From Paracoccaceae bacterium (lineage in GTDB: Bacteria; Pseudomonadota; Alphaproteobacteria; Rhodobacterales; Rhodobacteraceae), in NCBI GenBank assembly GCA_050331395.1, contig JBHJGX010000017.1, positions 5,660 to 69,659 of the forward strand: a DNA stretch of 64,000 bases. Direction: 5' to 3'. The translations under genes and the position numbers were made by a program. Below, piece by piece: positions 48,504 through 58,375 of the stretch (position 1 is its first letter; the number at the start of each line of letters is the position of its first letter). The notes beneath the pieces were generated by a model. It saw only the letters and a list, made by a program, of their open reading frames with translations, did no database searches and was not told the origin of the DNA.

Positions 48504-49816
48504 TGCGAAGACTACTCATTGCCGCCGTCGCTCTGCTTGGTCTCGGGGGCGGCCTCGGGGCCACGGCCAGCGCCGCCGTCGAGATCCAAGAGCTCGTGAG
48601 CGAGACCGGCGTTCCGTTTTGGCTCGTCGAAGAGGATGCCGTGCCCATCGTCGCCGTGGAGATCGAATTCACGGGCGGCGCGCGGCTCGACCCGCAGGAC
48701 CGGGCCGGGCTCGCCAACATGCTCGCCGGGCTCCTCGACAAAGGATCGGGCGATCTCGATGCGGTCGCCTTTTCGGACCGGTCCGACGAGATCGGGGCTC
48801 GGCTCGGCTTCGGTGCGGGCCGCGACAGCGTCTCGGCGAGCGCGCGGATGTTGGCCGAGGATCCGGTCCCGGGCGCGGAGTTGCTAAATCTCGCCTTGAC
48901 CGAGCCCCGCTTCGATGCGGACGCCGTCGAGCGCGCGCGCGGCCGCATTCTGTCGTCCATCGCCTCCGACGAGACCGATCCCTCCGCAGTCGCCTCCAAG
49001 GCCTGGTTCGCCCGCGCGTTCCCCGATCACCCATACGGGCGGCCGAGCGACGGAACCGCCGAGAGCGTCGCCGCGATCTCGGTCGAGGACCTGCGCGCGG
49101 GCCATACGCGCCTCCTCACCCGCGCACGGGCGACCGTCGCCATCGTCGGCGCGATCGGCGCGGCCGAGGCCAAGGCCCTGGTCGACCGGATCTTTGCCGG
49201 CATCCCCGAGGGCGAGACGCCCGCACCGGTCGACGAGGCGCCCGCCCCGCCGGCTGGGATCGAGGTGATCGGGCTCGACGTCCCGCAATCCGTGGCGGTC
49301 TTCGGGCACCCGGGGATCCCGCGCGACGATCCGGATTTTTTCGCGGCCTTCGTCGTCAATCACGTGCTCGGGGGCGGCGGGTTCTCGTCGCGCCTCATGC
49401 AGGAAGTGCGCGAAGAACGCGGCCTCGCTTACGGTGTCTACGCCTCACTTGCCGATCTCGATGCGGCCGATCTGGTGATCGGACGGGTGCAAACCCAAAA
49501 CGCGCGCATGGCCGAGAGCCTCGACGTCATCCGGGACGAGTGGCGGCGGATCGCCGAAGCGGGCCTGAGTGCAGAGGACCTGGACAAGGCGAAACGCTAT
49601 CTGACGGGCGCGTTCCCACTCCGCTTCGACTCGAATGCGAAGATCGCCGGGTATCTGGTTTTCCTGCAGAAGGAGGGCCTAGGGGCGGCATATCTGACCG
49701 AACGCAACGACCGGGTCGAGGCCGTCACGCTCGAGGACGCGGCCCGGGTCGCACGCCGGCTCTACGACGCCGACGCCCTCTCGATCGTCGTGGTCGGCGA
49801 GCCGGCCGGCCTCTGA
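48503..49816 (+). CDS. M16 family peptidase (non-catalytic partner)
   Basis: GLANMLAGLLDKGSG (no HxxEH), FPDHPYGRP, LGGGGFSSRLMQEVREERGLAY; translationally coupled to the upstream gene. Confidence 0.93.
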   Translation: MRRLLIAAVALLGLGGGLGATASAAVEIQELVSETGVPFWLVEEDAVPIVAVEIEFTGGARLDPQDRAGLANMLAGLLDKGSGDLDAVAFSDRSDEIGARLGFGAGRDSVSASARMLAEDPVPGAELLNLALTEPRFDADAVERARGRILSSIASDETDPSAVASKAWFARAFPDHPYGRPSDGTAESVAAISVEDLRAGHTRLLTRARATVAIVGAIGAAEAKALVDRIFAGIPEGETPAPVDEAPAPPAGIEVIGLDVPQSVAVFGHPGIPRDDPDFFAAFVVNHVLGGGGFSSRLMQEVREERGLAYGVYASLADLDAADLVIGRVQTQNARMAESLDVIRDEWRRIAEAGLSAEDLDKAKRYLTGAFPLRFDSNAKIAGYLVFLQKEGLGAAYLTERNDRVEAVTLEDAARVARRLYDADALSIVVVGEPAGL

Positions 49817-49825
49817 GAGGCGGGG

Positions 49826-50677
49826 GTGGAGATCGTCCGCACGATCTCCGCCCTGCGCGCCCGCGTCGGCGAGTGGCGCCGTGCCGGCGAGACGGTCGGG
49901 CTGGTGCCGACCATGGGCGCGCTCCATGACGGGCATCTGAGCCTCGTTCGGATCATGCGGGCCGAGACCCGCCGCACCGTCGCGACCATCTTCGTCAATC
50001 CCACGCAATTCGGACCGACGGAAGATCTGGCCGCTTATCCCCGCGACGAGGCCCGCGATGCGGCGCTTTTCGAGGCCAAGGGGGTCGATCTGCTTTTCGC
50101 CCCCAGCGTCGCCGAAATGTATCCGCCCGGCTTCGCGACCGAGGTCCGGGTCGGGGGCCTCACCGCCGTGCTCGATGGCGCCGCCCGGCCCGGCCATTTC
50201 GACGGCGTCGCGCAGGTGGTGACCAAGCTCCTCAATCAGGCGGGAGCAGATGCGGCGATCTTCGGCGAGAAGGACTGGCAGCAACTCGCGGTGATCCGGC
50301 GCCTCGCCCGCGATCTCGATATCCCGACACGGATCCTCGGCGGGCCGATCCGGCGCGAAGCGGACGGCCTCGCCATGTCCTCGCGGAACCGCTACCTGAC
50401 CGAGGCCGAACGACGGGTGGCGCCCGCGATCTTTCGCACGCTCACCGAGGCGGCCGCTCGGATCGCCGAGGGAGCGGCTCCCAGCGAGGCCACGGGACGG
50501 GCGGCCGACGCGCTTCTGCAGGCGGGCTTCGCGAAGGTCGATTACATCGAGTGCCGGACAGCGGACGGGCTCGGAGCCGTCGAGCGCCACGCGCCCGCGG
50601 TCCCTGCCCGCGTCTTCGGCGCCGCCCATCTCGGCCGCGCGCGGCTTATCGACAACGTCCCCGTCCCCGATCTATAG
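49826..50677 (+). CDS. panC: Pantoate--beta-alanine ligase
   Basis: VPTMGALHDGH, FVNPTQF, RPGHFDGV, FGEKDWQQ, GLAMSSRN and RLIDN. Confidence 0.97.
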   Translation: MEIVRTISALRARVGEWRRAGETVGLVPTMGALHDGHLSLVRIMRAETRRTVATIFVNPTQFGPTEDLAAYPRDEARDAALFEAKGVDLLFAPSVAEMYPPGFATEVRVGGLTAVLDGAARPGHFDGVAQVVTKLLNQAGADAAIFGEKDWQQLAVIRRLARDLDIPTRILGGPIRREADGLAMSSRNRYLTEAERRVAPAIFRTLTEAAARIAEGAAPSEATGRAADALLQAGFAKVDYIECRTADGLGAVERHAPAVPARVFGAAHLGRARLIDNVPVPDL

Positions 50678-50685
50678 CCCGCGTT

Positions 50686-51132
50686 ATGAACGCGCTCCGA
50701 CATCTCGACTATCCCCCCGTCTGGCTCGTCGCCCATATGGCGGTCGCCTCGTTCATGGCGCATGTCTGGGCGCCCTTGGCGGGCTGGGGGCTGATCCCGG
50801 GCGGGCTCCTGATCGCCGCCGGGGTGGCGCTCATGGTCTGGGCCGCGCTCTCGTTTCGGAAGGCCGAGACGACGCTCGTGCCGCGTCGGGATCCCTCGGC
50901 GCTCGTCACCGAGGGGCCCTATGCCCGCAGCCGAAACCCGATCTATCTCGCCGATCTGATCATCCTGGCGGGCTGGGCGATCGCGCAAGGCTCGCTTGTG
51001 GCGCTCGTGCTGCTGGTGCCGCTTTGGCGCGTGCTCGAGGGTCGGTTCGTCCGCCCGGAAGAAGCGACGCTCGCGGCGCATCTCGGCGCCCCCTACGAGG
51101 CCTACAAGGCGCGGGTGCCGCGCTGGCTCTGA
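50686..51132 (+). CDS. Isoprenylcysteine carboxylmethyltransferase/PEMT family protein
   Basis: LVTEGPYARSRNPIYL, PEE and YKARVPRWL motifs. Confidence 0.88.
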   Translation: MNALRHLDYPPVWLVAHMAVASFMAHVWAPLAGWGLIPGGLLIAAGVALMVWAALSFRKAETTLVPRRDPSALVTEGPYARSRNPIYLADLIILAGWAIAQGSLVALVLLVPLWRVLEGRFVRPEEATLAAHLGAPYEAYKARVPRWL

Positions 51133-51978
51133 CTAATCGGCCGAGGCCCGCCCGTCCGGTGGCCCAGCTCCGGTGACCGTATCGAACCAATCGAGCGCCC
51201 GCCCGAGCCACGCGTCGGGGACCTCGTGGCCGCCCGGATGCAGCTCGACATCGATCCGACCCGCGTCGCAACTGGTCCAGGACCGCGTCCAGAGCCCGCT
51301 CTCGGCCGTGGCGCGGTCGGGCTGGCGCAGGCCGCAACCGAGCGTGGCCCGCAGGCGCTTGAGGCTCTCGAAGAAGTCGCCCTGGATCAGCCGGCCCTCG
51401 GCGAGCGGCCGCCCTTCGAGCGGCACGACCCGGTCCGCCCAGCCATGCGTGTGGTGGAGGACGACCCCGTTACCGCATTCCGCGGGCATTGGATCCCAAT
51501 AGGCGCCGGCGACTGGGGCGTAGGCGGCTGCCAGCGCGCTGTCGGCGCAGGCCGTGTCCCAAACCATCGAGCCTCCGCGCGAAAACCCGGCCAAGAGCAC
51601 CCGGTCCCGGTCGATCCCGCGGCGTGCCGCGTCCTCGAGGATCGCTTGAAAGAACGCCACGTCGTCGCGGGGATGCGCGAACCCGTCCTCCACGGCCCAG
51701 TCGTTTTGGGTACGGCCCTCCCGCGGGATGCCCTGGGGCAGAAGATAGGCGACGCCGCGTTCCGCGAGGGCCGCGAGCCGGTCGGTATCCCGCAGCATGC
51801 CGCGCGCGCTCGCCCCCCAGCCATGCAGGAACATGAGCACCGGCGGCGGCGCCTCGGCGGATGGCGGCAGGATCAGGTAATACTCGCCGCCCGCGACGGT
51901 GCAGGGCGCAGACGGCCCCGGACAGGCAGCGGCCGGCAGCGCCAAAAGCGCTAAGAGGCCGGAGACGAGCGCGCGCAT
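51133..51978 (-). CDS. Exported alpha/beta-hydrolase esterase (PHB-depolymerase-like family)
   Basis: Signal peptide; FLHGWG, AGFSRGGSM nucleophile elbow, HTHGWADRVVP and GGHEVP. Confidence 0.82.
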   Translation of the reverse strand: MRALVSGLLALLALPAAACPGPSAPCTVAGGEYYLILPPSAEAPPPVLMFLHGWGASARGMLRDTDRLAALAERGVAYLLPQGIPREGRTQNDWAVEDGFAHPRDDVAFFQAILEDAARRGIDRDRVLLAGFSRGGSMVWDTACADSALAAAYAPVAGAYWDPMPAECGNGVVLHHTHGWADRVVPLEGRPLAEGRLIQGDFFESLKRLRATLGCGLRQPDRATAESGLWTRSWTSCDAGRIDVELHPGGHEVPDAWLGRALDWFDTVTGAGPPDGRASAD

Positions 51979-52022
51979 ATGCGGTCCTCCTCGATAACCA
52001 TTCTCCTCGGAGATGGCCGCGA

Positions 52023-52817
52023 TCAGCGGCCCTTCCAGACCGGATCACGTTTCTCGGCAAAGGCGCGCGCGCCCTCTTGCTGGTCGTCGCTGTCGTAGAG
52101 CCGGTCGACGCTGGCGAGCTGTCGTTTGGTGATCCGCGACAACATGTCGTTGAAGCGCGTATCCTCGGCCTCCCGGACGATTTCCTTGATGGCGGCGTAG
52201 ACGAGCGGCGGGCCGCTCGCGAGCAGCGCGGCAAGCTCCCGGGCACGTGGCAGCAACGCGTCTGCCGGGCAGATCTCGCGCAGGAGGCCCCAGCGCTCCG
52301 CCTCGGCCGCATCGATCCAGCGGCCGGTTAGCAGCATGTCCATGGCCACGTGATAGGGGATGCGTTTCGGCAGCTTGATCGAGGCCGCATCGGCGACGGT
52401 CCCTGAGCGGATCTCGGGCAGCGCGAAGCTCGCCGTCTCCGAGGCGAGGATCAGGTCGCAAGAGAGCGCGAGTTCGAACCCGCCGCCGCAGCAGATGCCG
52501 TTCACCGCGGCGATCACGGGCTTGTTCATCTGGCCGAGCTCTTGCAGGCCGCCGAAGCCGCCGATGCCGTAATCCCCATCCACCGCATCGCCTTCGGCCG
52601 CGGCTTTGAGATCCCAGCCCGCGCAAAAGAACTTCGTGCCGCCGCCGGTGAGGATCGCGACCCTGAGCGCCGGGTCGTCACGGAACGCCTTGAAGACCTC
52701 GCCGAGACGCCGGGACGTCGCGAGGTCGATCGCGTTCGCTTTCGGCCGGTCGAGCGTGACCTCGAGCACGGCGCCATCGCGGCGGGTCTTTACGGGGCCG
52801 TCGGGGGTGTCGAGCAT
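52023..52817 (-). CDS. Enoyl-CoA hydratase, carnitinyl-CoA dehydratase-like
   Basis: DRPKANAID, FFCAGWDLK, GGFGG, AVNGICCGGGFE and DQQEGARAFAEKR. Confidence 0.88.
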   Translation of the reverse strand: MLDTPDGPVKTRRDGAVLEVTLDRPKANAIDLATSRRLGEVFKAFRDDPALRVAILTGGGTKFFCAGWDLKAAAEGDAVDGDYGIGGFGGLQELGQMNKPVIAAVNGICCGGGFELALSCDLILASETASFALPEIRSGTVADAASIKLPKRIPYHVAMDMLLTGRWIDAAEAERWGLLREICPADALLPRARELAALLASGPPLVYAAIKEIVREAEDTRFNDMLSRITKRQLASVDRLYDSDDQQEGARAFAEKRDPVWKGR

Positions 52818-52824
52818 GGGGACC

Positions 52825-54906
52825 TCAGGCGGATCGGAGGGCAGCAGAGGGGGCGGGCGCGAGACGAATGAGGGCATCGGCCGCCCATGCGCCTTGCGGC
52901 GTGACGATGAGCGGGTTGATGTCGAGCTCGAGAAGGCGGTCCGCCTCGGCGAGCGCATAGGCCTGGACGGCGAGGGCCGCCTCGACGGCCGCGCGCAGAT
53001 CCGCCTGCGGCCTGCCGCGATACCCCGCCAGAAGCGGCGCCATCCGGAGCCGGCCAAGGGCGGCCCGGATCTCCTCGGCAGTGCTCGGGATCAAGAGGGT
53101 CACGCTGTCGGCCAGGATCTCGGTCAGCGTGCCGCCCGCACCGAGGGTCAGGCCGAGGCCATAGGGCGCCTCGCGGGTGACGCCGACGAGAAGTTCGGCC
53201 ACCCCGTCGGCCACCATGCGCTCGACCAGATAGCCGTCGGGGGCCGCCATCGCGGCGCCGGCCGCGCGCACGGCCTCGGCATCGGCGAGGCCAAGGCGAA
53301 GCGCCCCGTGTTCGGTCTTGTGCGCGAGACCGAGTGCCTTGAGCACGACGGGAAACCCGATCTCAGCCGCCCGGTCCGCCGCCTCCTCGCGATTGGCCGC
53401 ATAGCGGCCTTCGGGCACCGCCAGCCCGTGCGCCGCGAGCGAGAGCTTAGCCATTCGTTCGTCGAGGAGCGCGCCGCCCTCTTCTGCGGCGGTCGAGGGC
53501 GGGGCGTCGAGCGGAAGCGGGGCCGGCCGGTCCCAAGCCTCGGCGATGTCAGCCGCGGCCTCGATTGCGGTAATCGCGTCCTCGATGCCGGCCAAGGGCG
53601 CAATCCCGGCCGCGAGCAGCGGGTCCGAGAGGAGATCGGGCATCCCCTCGGGCAGCGTCGCCACCACCGCCGTTCGGGTGCCGGTCCGGCCGGCCGCCGC
53701 CACGATCGCCTCGGTCGCCGAGACCCATGCCCCCGGCGGGGTGCGGTCGAGCCTCGGATAGTCGAGAACGAGCAAGCCGAGATCCGGGCCCGTCGCCAGC
53801 ACGGCCGCGAAGGTGTCGGTCATCCGCGCCACGTCGCCCCAAATAAAGGTATGATAGTCGAGCGGGTTCGCGACCGTCACAAAGGCGTTCAGCGTCGCGG
53901 CGATCCGGTCGCGCGCCCGCGCCTCGAAGGGCGGGAAGGCGACGCGCCGACCATGGGCCGTGTCGGCGATCAGGCTCGCTTCGCCGCCCGAACAAGACAT
54001 GGAAACGAGCCGCCTGCCAGGCAGCGCGCCGTGGCTGTGCAAGAGCTTGAGCATCTCGAGAAACGCGGTCAGCGTCGGGGCGAGCGGGATGCCGAGCCGC
54101 GCGAAGAACGCCCGCGACGCGGCATCCGAGCCCGCGAGCGAGGCGGTGTGCGAGAGCGTCGCCGCCCGCGCGCCCTCGGACCGGCCGACCTTGAGCGCGA
54201 CGATGGGCACGCGGCGGGCCCGCGCCTCGGCCGCCAGCGCCTCGAAGGCCGGGACATCGTCGACGCCTTCCACATGGAGCCCGAGCGCCGTCACCCGGTC
54301 GTCCGCCAGCAGCGCGAGGGCGATCTCCGCAAGGCTCGTCTGCGCCTGATTGCCGGCCGCCACCGCATAGCCGAGCGCGAGCCCGCGCGCCTGCATGGTG
54401 ATGTTGAGGAGCATGTTCGAGGACTGGGCGACGACGCCGACCCCGCGCGCCACGCGCCGCCCGCCATGGATGTCGGGCCAGAGGATGGCGCCGTCGAGAT
54501 AGTTGATGAGCCCGTAGCAATTGGGTCCGAGGATCGGCATCTCTCCCGCTGCCTCGACGAGTGCGGACTGGAGTGCGGCCCCCTCTCCGCTGCCCGTGTC
54601 GGTCTCGGCGAAACCGGAGGCGAAAGAAACCGCACCCCCTGCCCCCAACGCCGAGAGCGCAGCGACGATCTCGACGGTGGCCTTGCGGTTGACGGCGATG
54701 AAGGCCGCATCCGGCACGCCGGGCAACGCCTCGGCCGAGGCGACCGCAGGACAGCCACCGACCTCGGCTCGGGCCGGATGCACCGGCCAGACCGCGCCGC
54801 CATAGCCCATGCCGCGACAGGCCTCGACGACGGCCCCCGCCCACGTCCCGCCGCCAAAGACGGCGAGGCTCTCGGGCCGCAATAGGCGGGACAGATCGCG
54901 CGGCAT
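52825..54906 (-). CDS. Acyl-CoA synthetase (NDP-forming, acetate--CoA ligase family)
   Basis: CoA-binding N-domain, GPNCYG, HTASLAG, NPLDYH and ATP-grasp C-domain (HKTEHGA, ELDINP). Confidence 0.9.
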   Translation of the reverse strand: MPRDLSRLLRPESLAVFGGGTWAGAVVEACRGMGYGGAVWPVHPARAEVGGCPAVASAEALPGVPDAAFIAVNRKATVEIVAALSALGAGGAVSFASGFAETDTGSGEGAALQSALVEAAGEMPILGPNCYGLINYLDGAILWPDIHGGRRVARGVGVVAQSSNMLLNITMQARGLALGYAVAAGNQAQTSLAEIALALLADDRVTALGLHVEGVDDVPAFEALAAEARARRVPIVALKVGRSEGARAATLSHTASLAGSDAASRAFFARLGIPLAPTLTAFLEMLKLLHSHGALPGRRLVSMSCSGGEASLIADTAHGRRVAFPPFEARARDRIAATLNAFVTVANPLDYHTFIWGDVARMTDTFAAVLATGPDLGLLVLDYPRLDRTPPGAWVSATEAIVAAAGRTGTRTAVVATLPEGMPDLLSDPLLAAGIAPLAGIEDAITAIEAAADIAEAWDRPAPLPLDAPPSTAAEEGGALLDERMAKLSLAAHGLAVPEGRYAANREEAADRAAEIGFPVVLKALGLAHKTEHGALRLGLADAEAVRAAGAAMAAPDGYLVERMVADGVAELLVGVTREAPYGLGLTLGAGGTLTEILADSVTLLIPSTAEEIRAALGRLRMAPLLAGYRGRPQADLRAAVEAALAVQAYALAEADRLLELDINPLIVTPQGAWAADALIRLAPAPSAALRSA

Positions 54907-55034
54907 GGGCAGGGGTCCCTCTCGACGGGCCGCGATGGCCCTGGTGGCTCCGATCCGCTATTGGTGCCAGAGGGGCATGGGGGGCGAAAGGGGATTTCCG
55001 CTCCGAACGGTCCCGCTGGCTGAAGGGATGACCG

Positions 55035-55862
55035 ATGACCAAGATCGCCGTTCTCGTCGTCACGGTGGCCGCACTGCTTGCCTGTTTCCTGGGCGCGCTC
55101 GTCTTGTTCCGACACACGCTGATCTATCCCTTCGTGGAGGTGCCGCTTTCCAAGCAGGTCGGACTCGCCGACGGGCTGATCGAGATCGCCGCTGCGGACG
55201 GGACGCCACTCAGCGCCTGGGCGGCCGCACCCGAAGACGGGCGGCCGGTGATCCTCGCCTTCGGCGGCAATGGCGGATATCTGGCCGGCGAGGTCGCGCG
55301 GCTCGACCCCTACCGGCGGGCCGGGTACGGCGTTGTCGTTCTGAACTACCGCGGCGCAGGCGGCGCGCCCGGCTCACCGCAGGAAGCGAAGATCATCGCC
55401 GATGCGGTCGCGCTCTACGACGCCATGCCAGACATCGACGGCTTCGCGGCGGGTGCCGACGGGCCGCCGATCCTCTATGGCGCGAGCCTCGGGGCGGCCG
55501 TGGCGGTAGCTCTCGCGACCGAGCGGACCGCGCGCGCGTTGATCCTCGAAGCCCCCTTCGATCGGCTCTGCCGGGTGGTCGAGACGCGGATGCCGATCAT
55601 CCCCGCCTGCCTGATCTTGCCCGACGAGCGATGGCCGAGCGCGGAGCGGATCGCCGCGGTCGACGCACCGGTCCTGATCGTGCACGGGGATGCGGACCGC
55701 ATCGTGCCGTTCGCCCACGGACGGGCGCTCTATGAGGCGGCCGGCCCGCCCAAACGGTTCGAACGGATTGCCGGCGCCGGGCACAACGATCTCGCCGGAA
55801 ACGGCGCTCCTGCCGTCGGGCGCGCCTTCCTGGAGGACATCGCCGCCGGCGCGTTCGACTAA
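55035..55862 (+). CDS. Alpha/beta hydrolase (Bem46/ABHD-like)
   Basis: N-terminal TM; YRGAGG, YGASLGAAVA, VHGDADRIVP and AGHND. Confidence 0.88.
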   Translation: MTKIAVLVVTVAALLACFLGALVLFRHTLIYPFVEVPLSKQVGLADGLIEIAAADGTPLSAWAAAPEDGRPVILAFGGNGGYLAGEVARLDPYRRAGYGVVVLNYRGAGGAPGSPQEAKIIADAVALYDAMPDIDGFAAGADGPPILYGASLGAAVAVALATERTARALILEAPFDRLCRVVETRMPIIPACLILPDERWPSAERIAAVDAPVLIVHGDADRIVPFAHGRALYEAAGPPKRFERIAGAGHNDLAGNGAPAVGRAFLEDIAAGAFD

Positions 55863-56620
55863 GCCCCGAGGGGCAACTCGGGCGGGCCGCCCGCCTGGAT
55901 CAGCCGCTGCGTCCGGCCCTCTAGCACGATGCAGCTGAGCGGGCCGCCGAAGACTGCGCCCGTATCGACCCCGATCCGGTTCGGCCGCACGGTGACACGC
56001 TCGCTCGGCGTATGTCCGTGGACGATCACCGCCTCGTGCTCCGCATCCGAGGCGAGAAACGGGTGGCGGATCCACTGGAGCACGGTTTCCTCCTGCTCGG
56101 CGAGCGGCGTGCCCGGGCGGATGCCCGCATGCACGAAGGCATAGTCGCCGCGTTGGATTAGCGTCGGCAGCCCCCGCAAGAGCGCGACATGCGCCGTCGG
56201 CACGGCCGCCTTGGTTTGGGCATGGAGCGCCTCGCGGGCCGCAGCGTCGCGCACCTCGGGAGCGTCGACGCCATAGGACAAGAGCGTCTCGGGCCCCCCA
56301 TAGGCCATCCAGCTCTCGAAGTCCGGGAAATGGGCGTCGTCGAGGAAATCGAGGAGATACTGATCGTGGTTGCCGCGGACCGACCGCACCGGCCGCCCGG
56401 CCATGGTCTCGGCCAGCCAAGCGAGGACGCCGCAGCTGTCGGGGCCGCGGTCGATCAGATCGCCGAGCAGGACGATCTCATGGGACGGCACGGGCGAACG
56501 TGCGAGATCGTCTCCGATCGCCGCGTCGAGCGCGCGCAACAGGTCGAGCCTGCCATGCACGTCGCCGATTGCGTAGATGCGCACGCCTTGGGGGGCGGAG
56601 GCCTCGGGGATCGCGACCAT
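55859..56620 (-). CDS. Metallophosphoesterase (PPP/PrpA-like phosphatase)
   Basis: IGDVHG, LGDLIDRGPDS, RGNHD, FVHAG, VHGHT and DTGA motifs. Confidence 0.92.
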   Translation of the reverse strand: MVAIPEASAPQGVRIYAIGDVHGRLDLLRALDAAIGDDLARSPVPSHEIVLLGDLIDRGPDSCGVLAWLAETMAGRPVRSVRGNHDQYLLDFLDDAHFPDFESWMAYGGPETLLSYGVDAPEVRDAAAREALHAQTKAAVPTAHVALLRGLPTLIQRGDYAFVHAGIRPGTPLAEQEETVLQWIRHPFLASDAEHEAVIVHGHTPSERVTVRPNRIGVDTGAVFGGPLSCIVLEGRTQRLIQAGGPPELPLGA

Positions 56621-56688
56621 AGGCCCTCCGGTCACACGCACTGCATGGCGGCTGGACGCCGCGCTCCGGCGCTTGGCTGTCTATTGGA

Positions 56689-56895
56689 TCAGACGAGGCC
56701 TTCGCGTTGGGCCTTTTTGCGGGCGAGCTTCCGGGCCCGCCGGATCGCTTCGGCCTTTTCGCGGGCGCGCTTGACCGACGGCTTCTCGTAGTGCTGCCGG
56801 AGCTTCATTTCCCGGAAAATGCCTTCGCGCTGCATCTTCTTCTTGAGCGCTCGGAGCGCCTGATCGACGTTGTTATCGCGAACCTGAACCTGCAC
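56689..56895 (-). CDS. rpsU: 30S ribosomal protein S21
   Basis: [27 protein letters not shown]...YEKPS; GTG start with AAGGTGG RBS. Confidence 0.97.
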   Translation of the reverse strand: MQVQVRDNNVDQALRALKKKMQREGIFREMKLRQHYEKPSVKRAREKAEAIRRARKLARKKAQREGLV

Positions 56896-56946
56896 GTAGG
56901 GATCCACCTTTCGTTTGATCTGGATTTGGCATTAGGATGAGCGGCT

Positions 56947-56975
56947 TATATACGGGACATCTGGATGTCTGTCCA
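56947..56975 (-). promoter_or_regulatory. rpsU promoter with palindromic spacer
   Basis: Minus strand TGGACA-N17-TATATA; spacer contains GACATC-N2-GATGTC (56956-56969). Confidence 0.6.
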
Positions 56976-57059
56976 CCGCAGGGCAGTCCCGGACGGATCG
57001 GGCACGATTGCCGACCGACACCTGACAACTGCCGGCACCGCGACAGCGAGGGACCCGTT

Positions 57060-57743
57060 ATGCAAAGCATCGATGCGCAGCCCGACCACCTGGGAGAGGC
57101 GCGCGCGCGGCTCGTCACCGCCGCCCTTCCCCATGTGGCCTTCGACGGCTGGTCCGACGAAAGCCTGCGGCTTGCACTCGCCGAGACCGGGGTCGAGGAA
57201 AGCGTCGCCCGGCTGGTCTTTCCCCGGGGCGGCGTGGATATGGCGCTCGCTTTCCACACGATGATGGACGAGCGCCTGGCGGCCGAACTCGCGCATACGG
57301 ATCTCGCGGCCATGCGGATCCGCGACCGGGTCACCCACTGCGTCCGGCGCCGCCTCGAGCTGGTGGCCGATCACCGCGAGGCGGTGCGCCGCGGCGGGAC
57401 ACTGCTCGCCCTGCCGATCTATGCGGCCGACAGTGCCCGGGCGATTTGGTCGACCGCAGACACGATCTGGACGGCCTGCGGCGACACCGCGACCGACTAT
57501 AACTGGTATACCAAGCGGGCGATCCTCGCCTCGGTCTATTCCGCGACGCTGCTCTATTGGATCGGCGACGAGAGCGCCGGCCACGAGGACACCTGGCGCT
57601 TTCTCGACCGCCGGATCGATGGCGTCATGCAATTCGAGAAAGCGAAGGCCATGATCGAGAAGAACCCGGCCGCACAGGCCGTCCTCTGGGGGCCGATGCA
57701 GATCCTGAAGCTGGTGAAAGCCCCGGGCGCGGGGCGCGCCTGA
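57060..57743 (+). CDS. COQ9 family protein
   Basis: HVAFDGWS, FPRGG, GDTATDYNWYTKR and TWRFLDRRI; divergent from rpsU. Confidence 0.9.
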   Translation: MQSIDAQPDHLGEARARLVTAALPHVAFDGWSDESLRLALAETGVEESVARLVFPRGGVDMALAFHTMMDERLAAELAHTDLAAMRIRDRVTHCVRRRLELVADHREAVRRGGTLLALPIYAADSARAIWSTADTIWTACGDTATDYNWYTKRAILASVYSATLLYWIGDESAGHEDTWRFLDRRIDGVMQFEKAKAMIEKNPAAQAVLWGPMQILKLVKAPGAGRA

Positions 57744-57747
57744 GCCG

Positions 57748-58311
57748 TCAGCCGCCCGGCGCGGTCCCGGGCCGCAGATGCGCGAACATATGGGCGACGT
57801 AATCGGCCTTGCCGAGCGCGATGCCTTCTTTGCGCAGGATCGCATAGGCCGTGACCAGGTGGAAATAGTTCTGGGCGAGCGCCCAGTCGCGGACATAAAC
57901 CTCTGCCGACATGTCGAAGATCATGCCGTTCGGCAGCTCGAGCGCGATGGCCCGGTCGCTGTGACCGTCGAGCGCATCCTCAGGGAGAGCTTCGAGCACG
58001 CCAACGGTCTCGGCGATGAGGGCCTCGGCTTCCGCGACGGTGAGGGCCCCTACCCCGCTCCGCGCCGCCTCGGCGATAGCGACGGTCGCAGGCGGCAGCG
58101 CCTCGCCTCTTAGCCGTTGCATGGCCTCACGCGCCTGATAGCAGACGAAACGGACCTGAGCGGCGAGCGGGAACATATCCGGGGCGAGGCGCGCGGCCAT
58201 CATCCGGTCGGCCGCGGCGGCGCCCCTCTGATCGCGGGCCTTGGCGAGCCAGGCGGCCAAACCGCGCAGCATCTGGAGATAGGCGGGCACGAGGCGGTTG
58301 GTCGGTGTCAT
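57748..58311 (-). CDS. DUF1993 family protein
   Basis: RLAPDMFPLAAQV, YFHLVTAYAILR and LGKADY motifs. Confidence 0.9.
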   Translation of the reverse strand: MTPTNRLVPAYLQMLRGLAAWLAKARDQRGAAAADRMMAARLAPDMFPLAAQVRFVCYQAREAMQRLRGEALPPATVAIAEAARSGVGALTVAEAEALIAETVGVLEALPEDALDGHSDRAIALELPNGMIFDMSAEVYVRDWALAQNYFHLVTAYAILRKEGIALGKADYVAHMFAHLRPGTAPGG

Positions 58312-58375
58312 GGCGGTCTCCGGACGGTGCAGGCCGTCTAAGCGTGGCCGGACGCGTCAGAGTGGGCAAGCCGCA

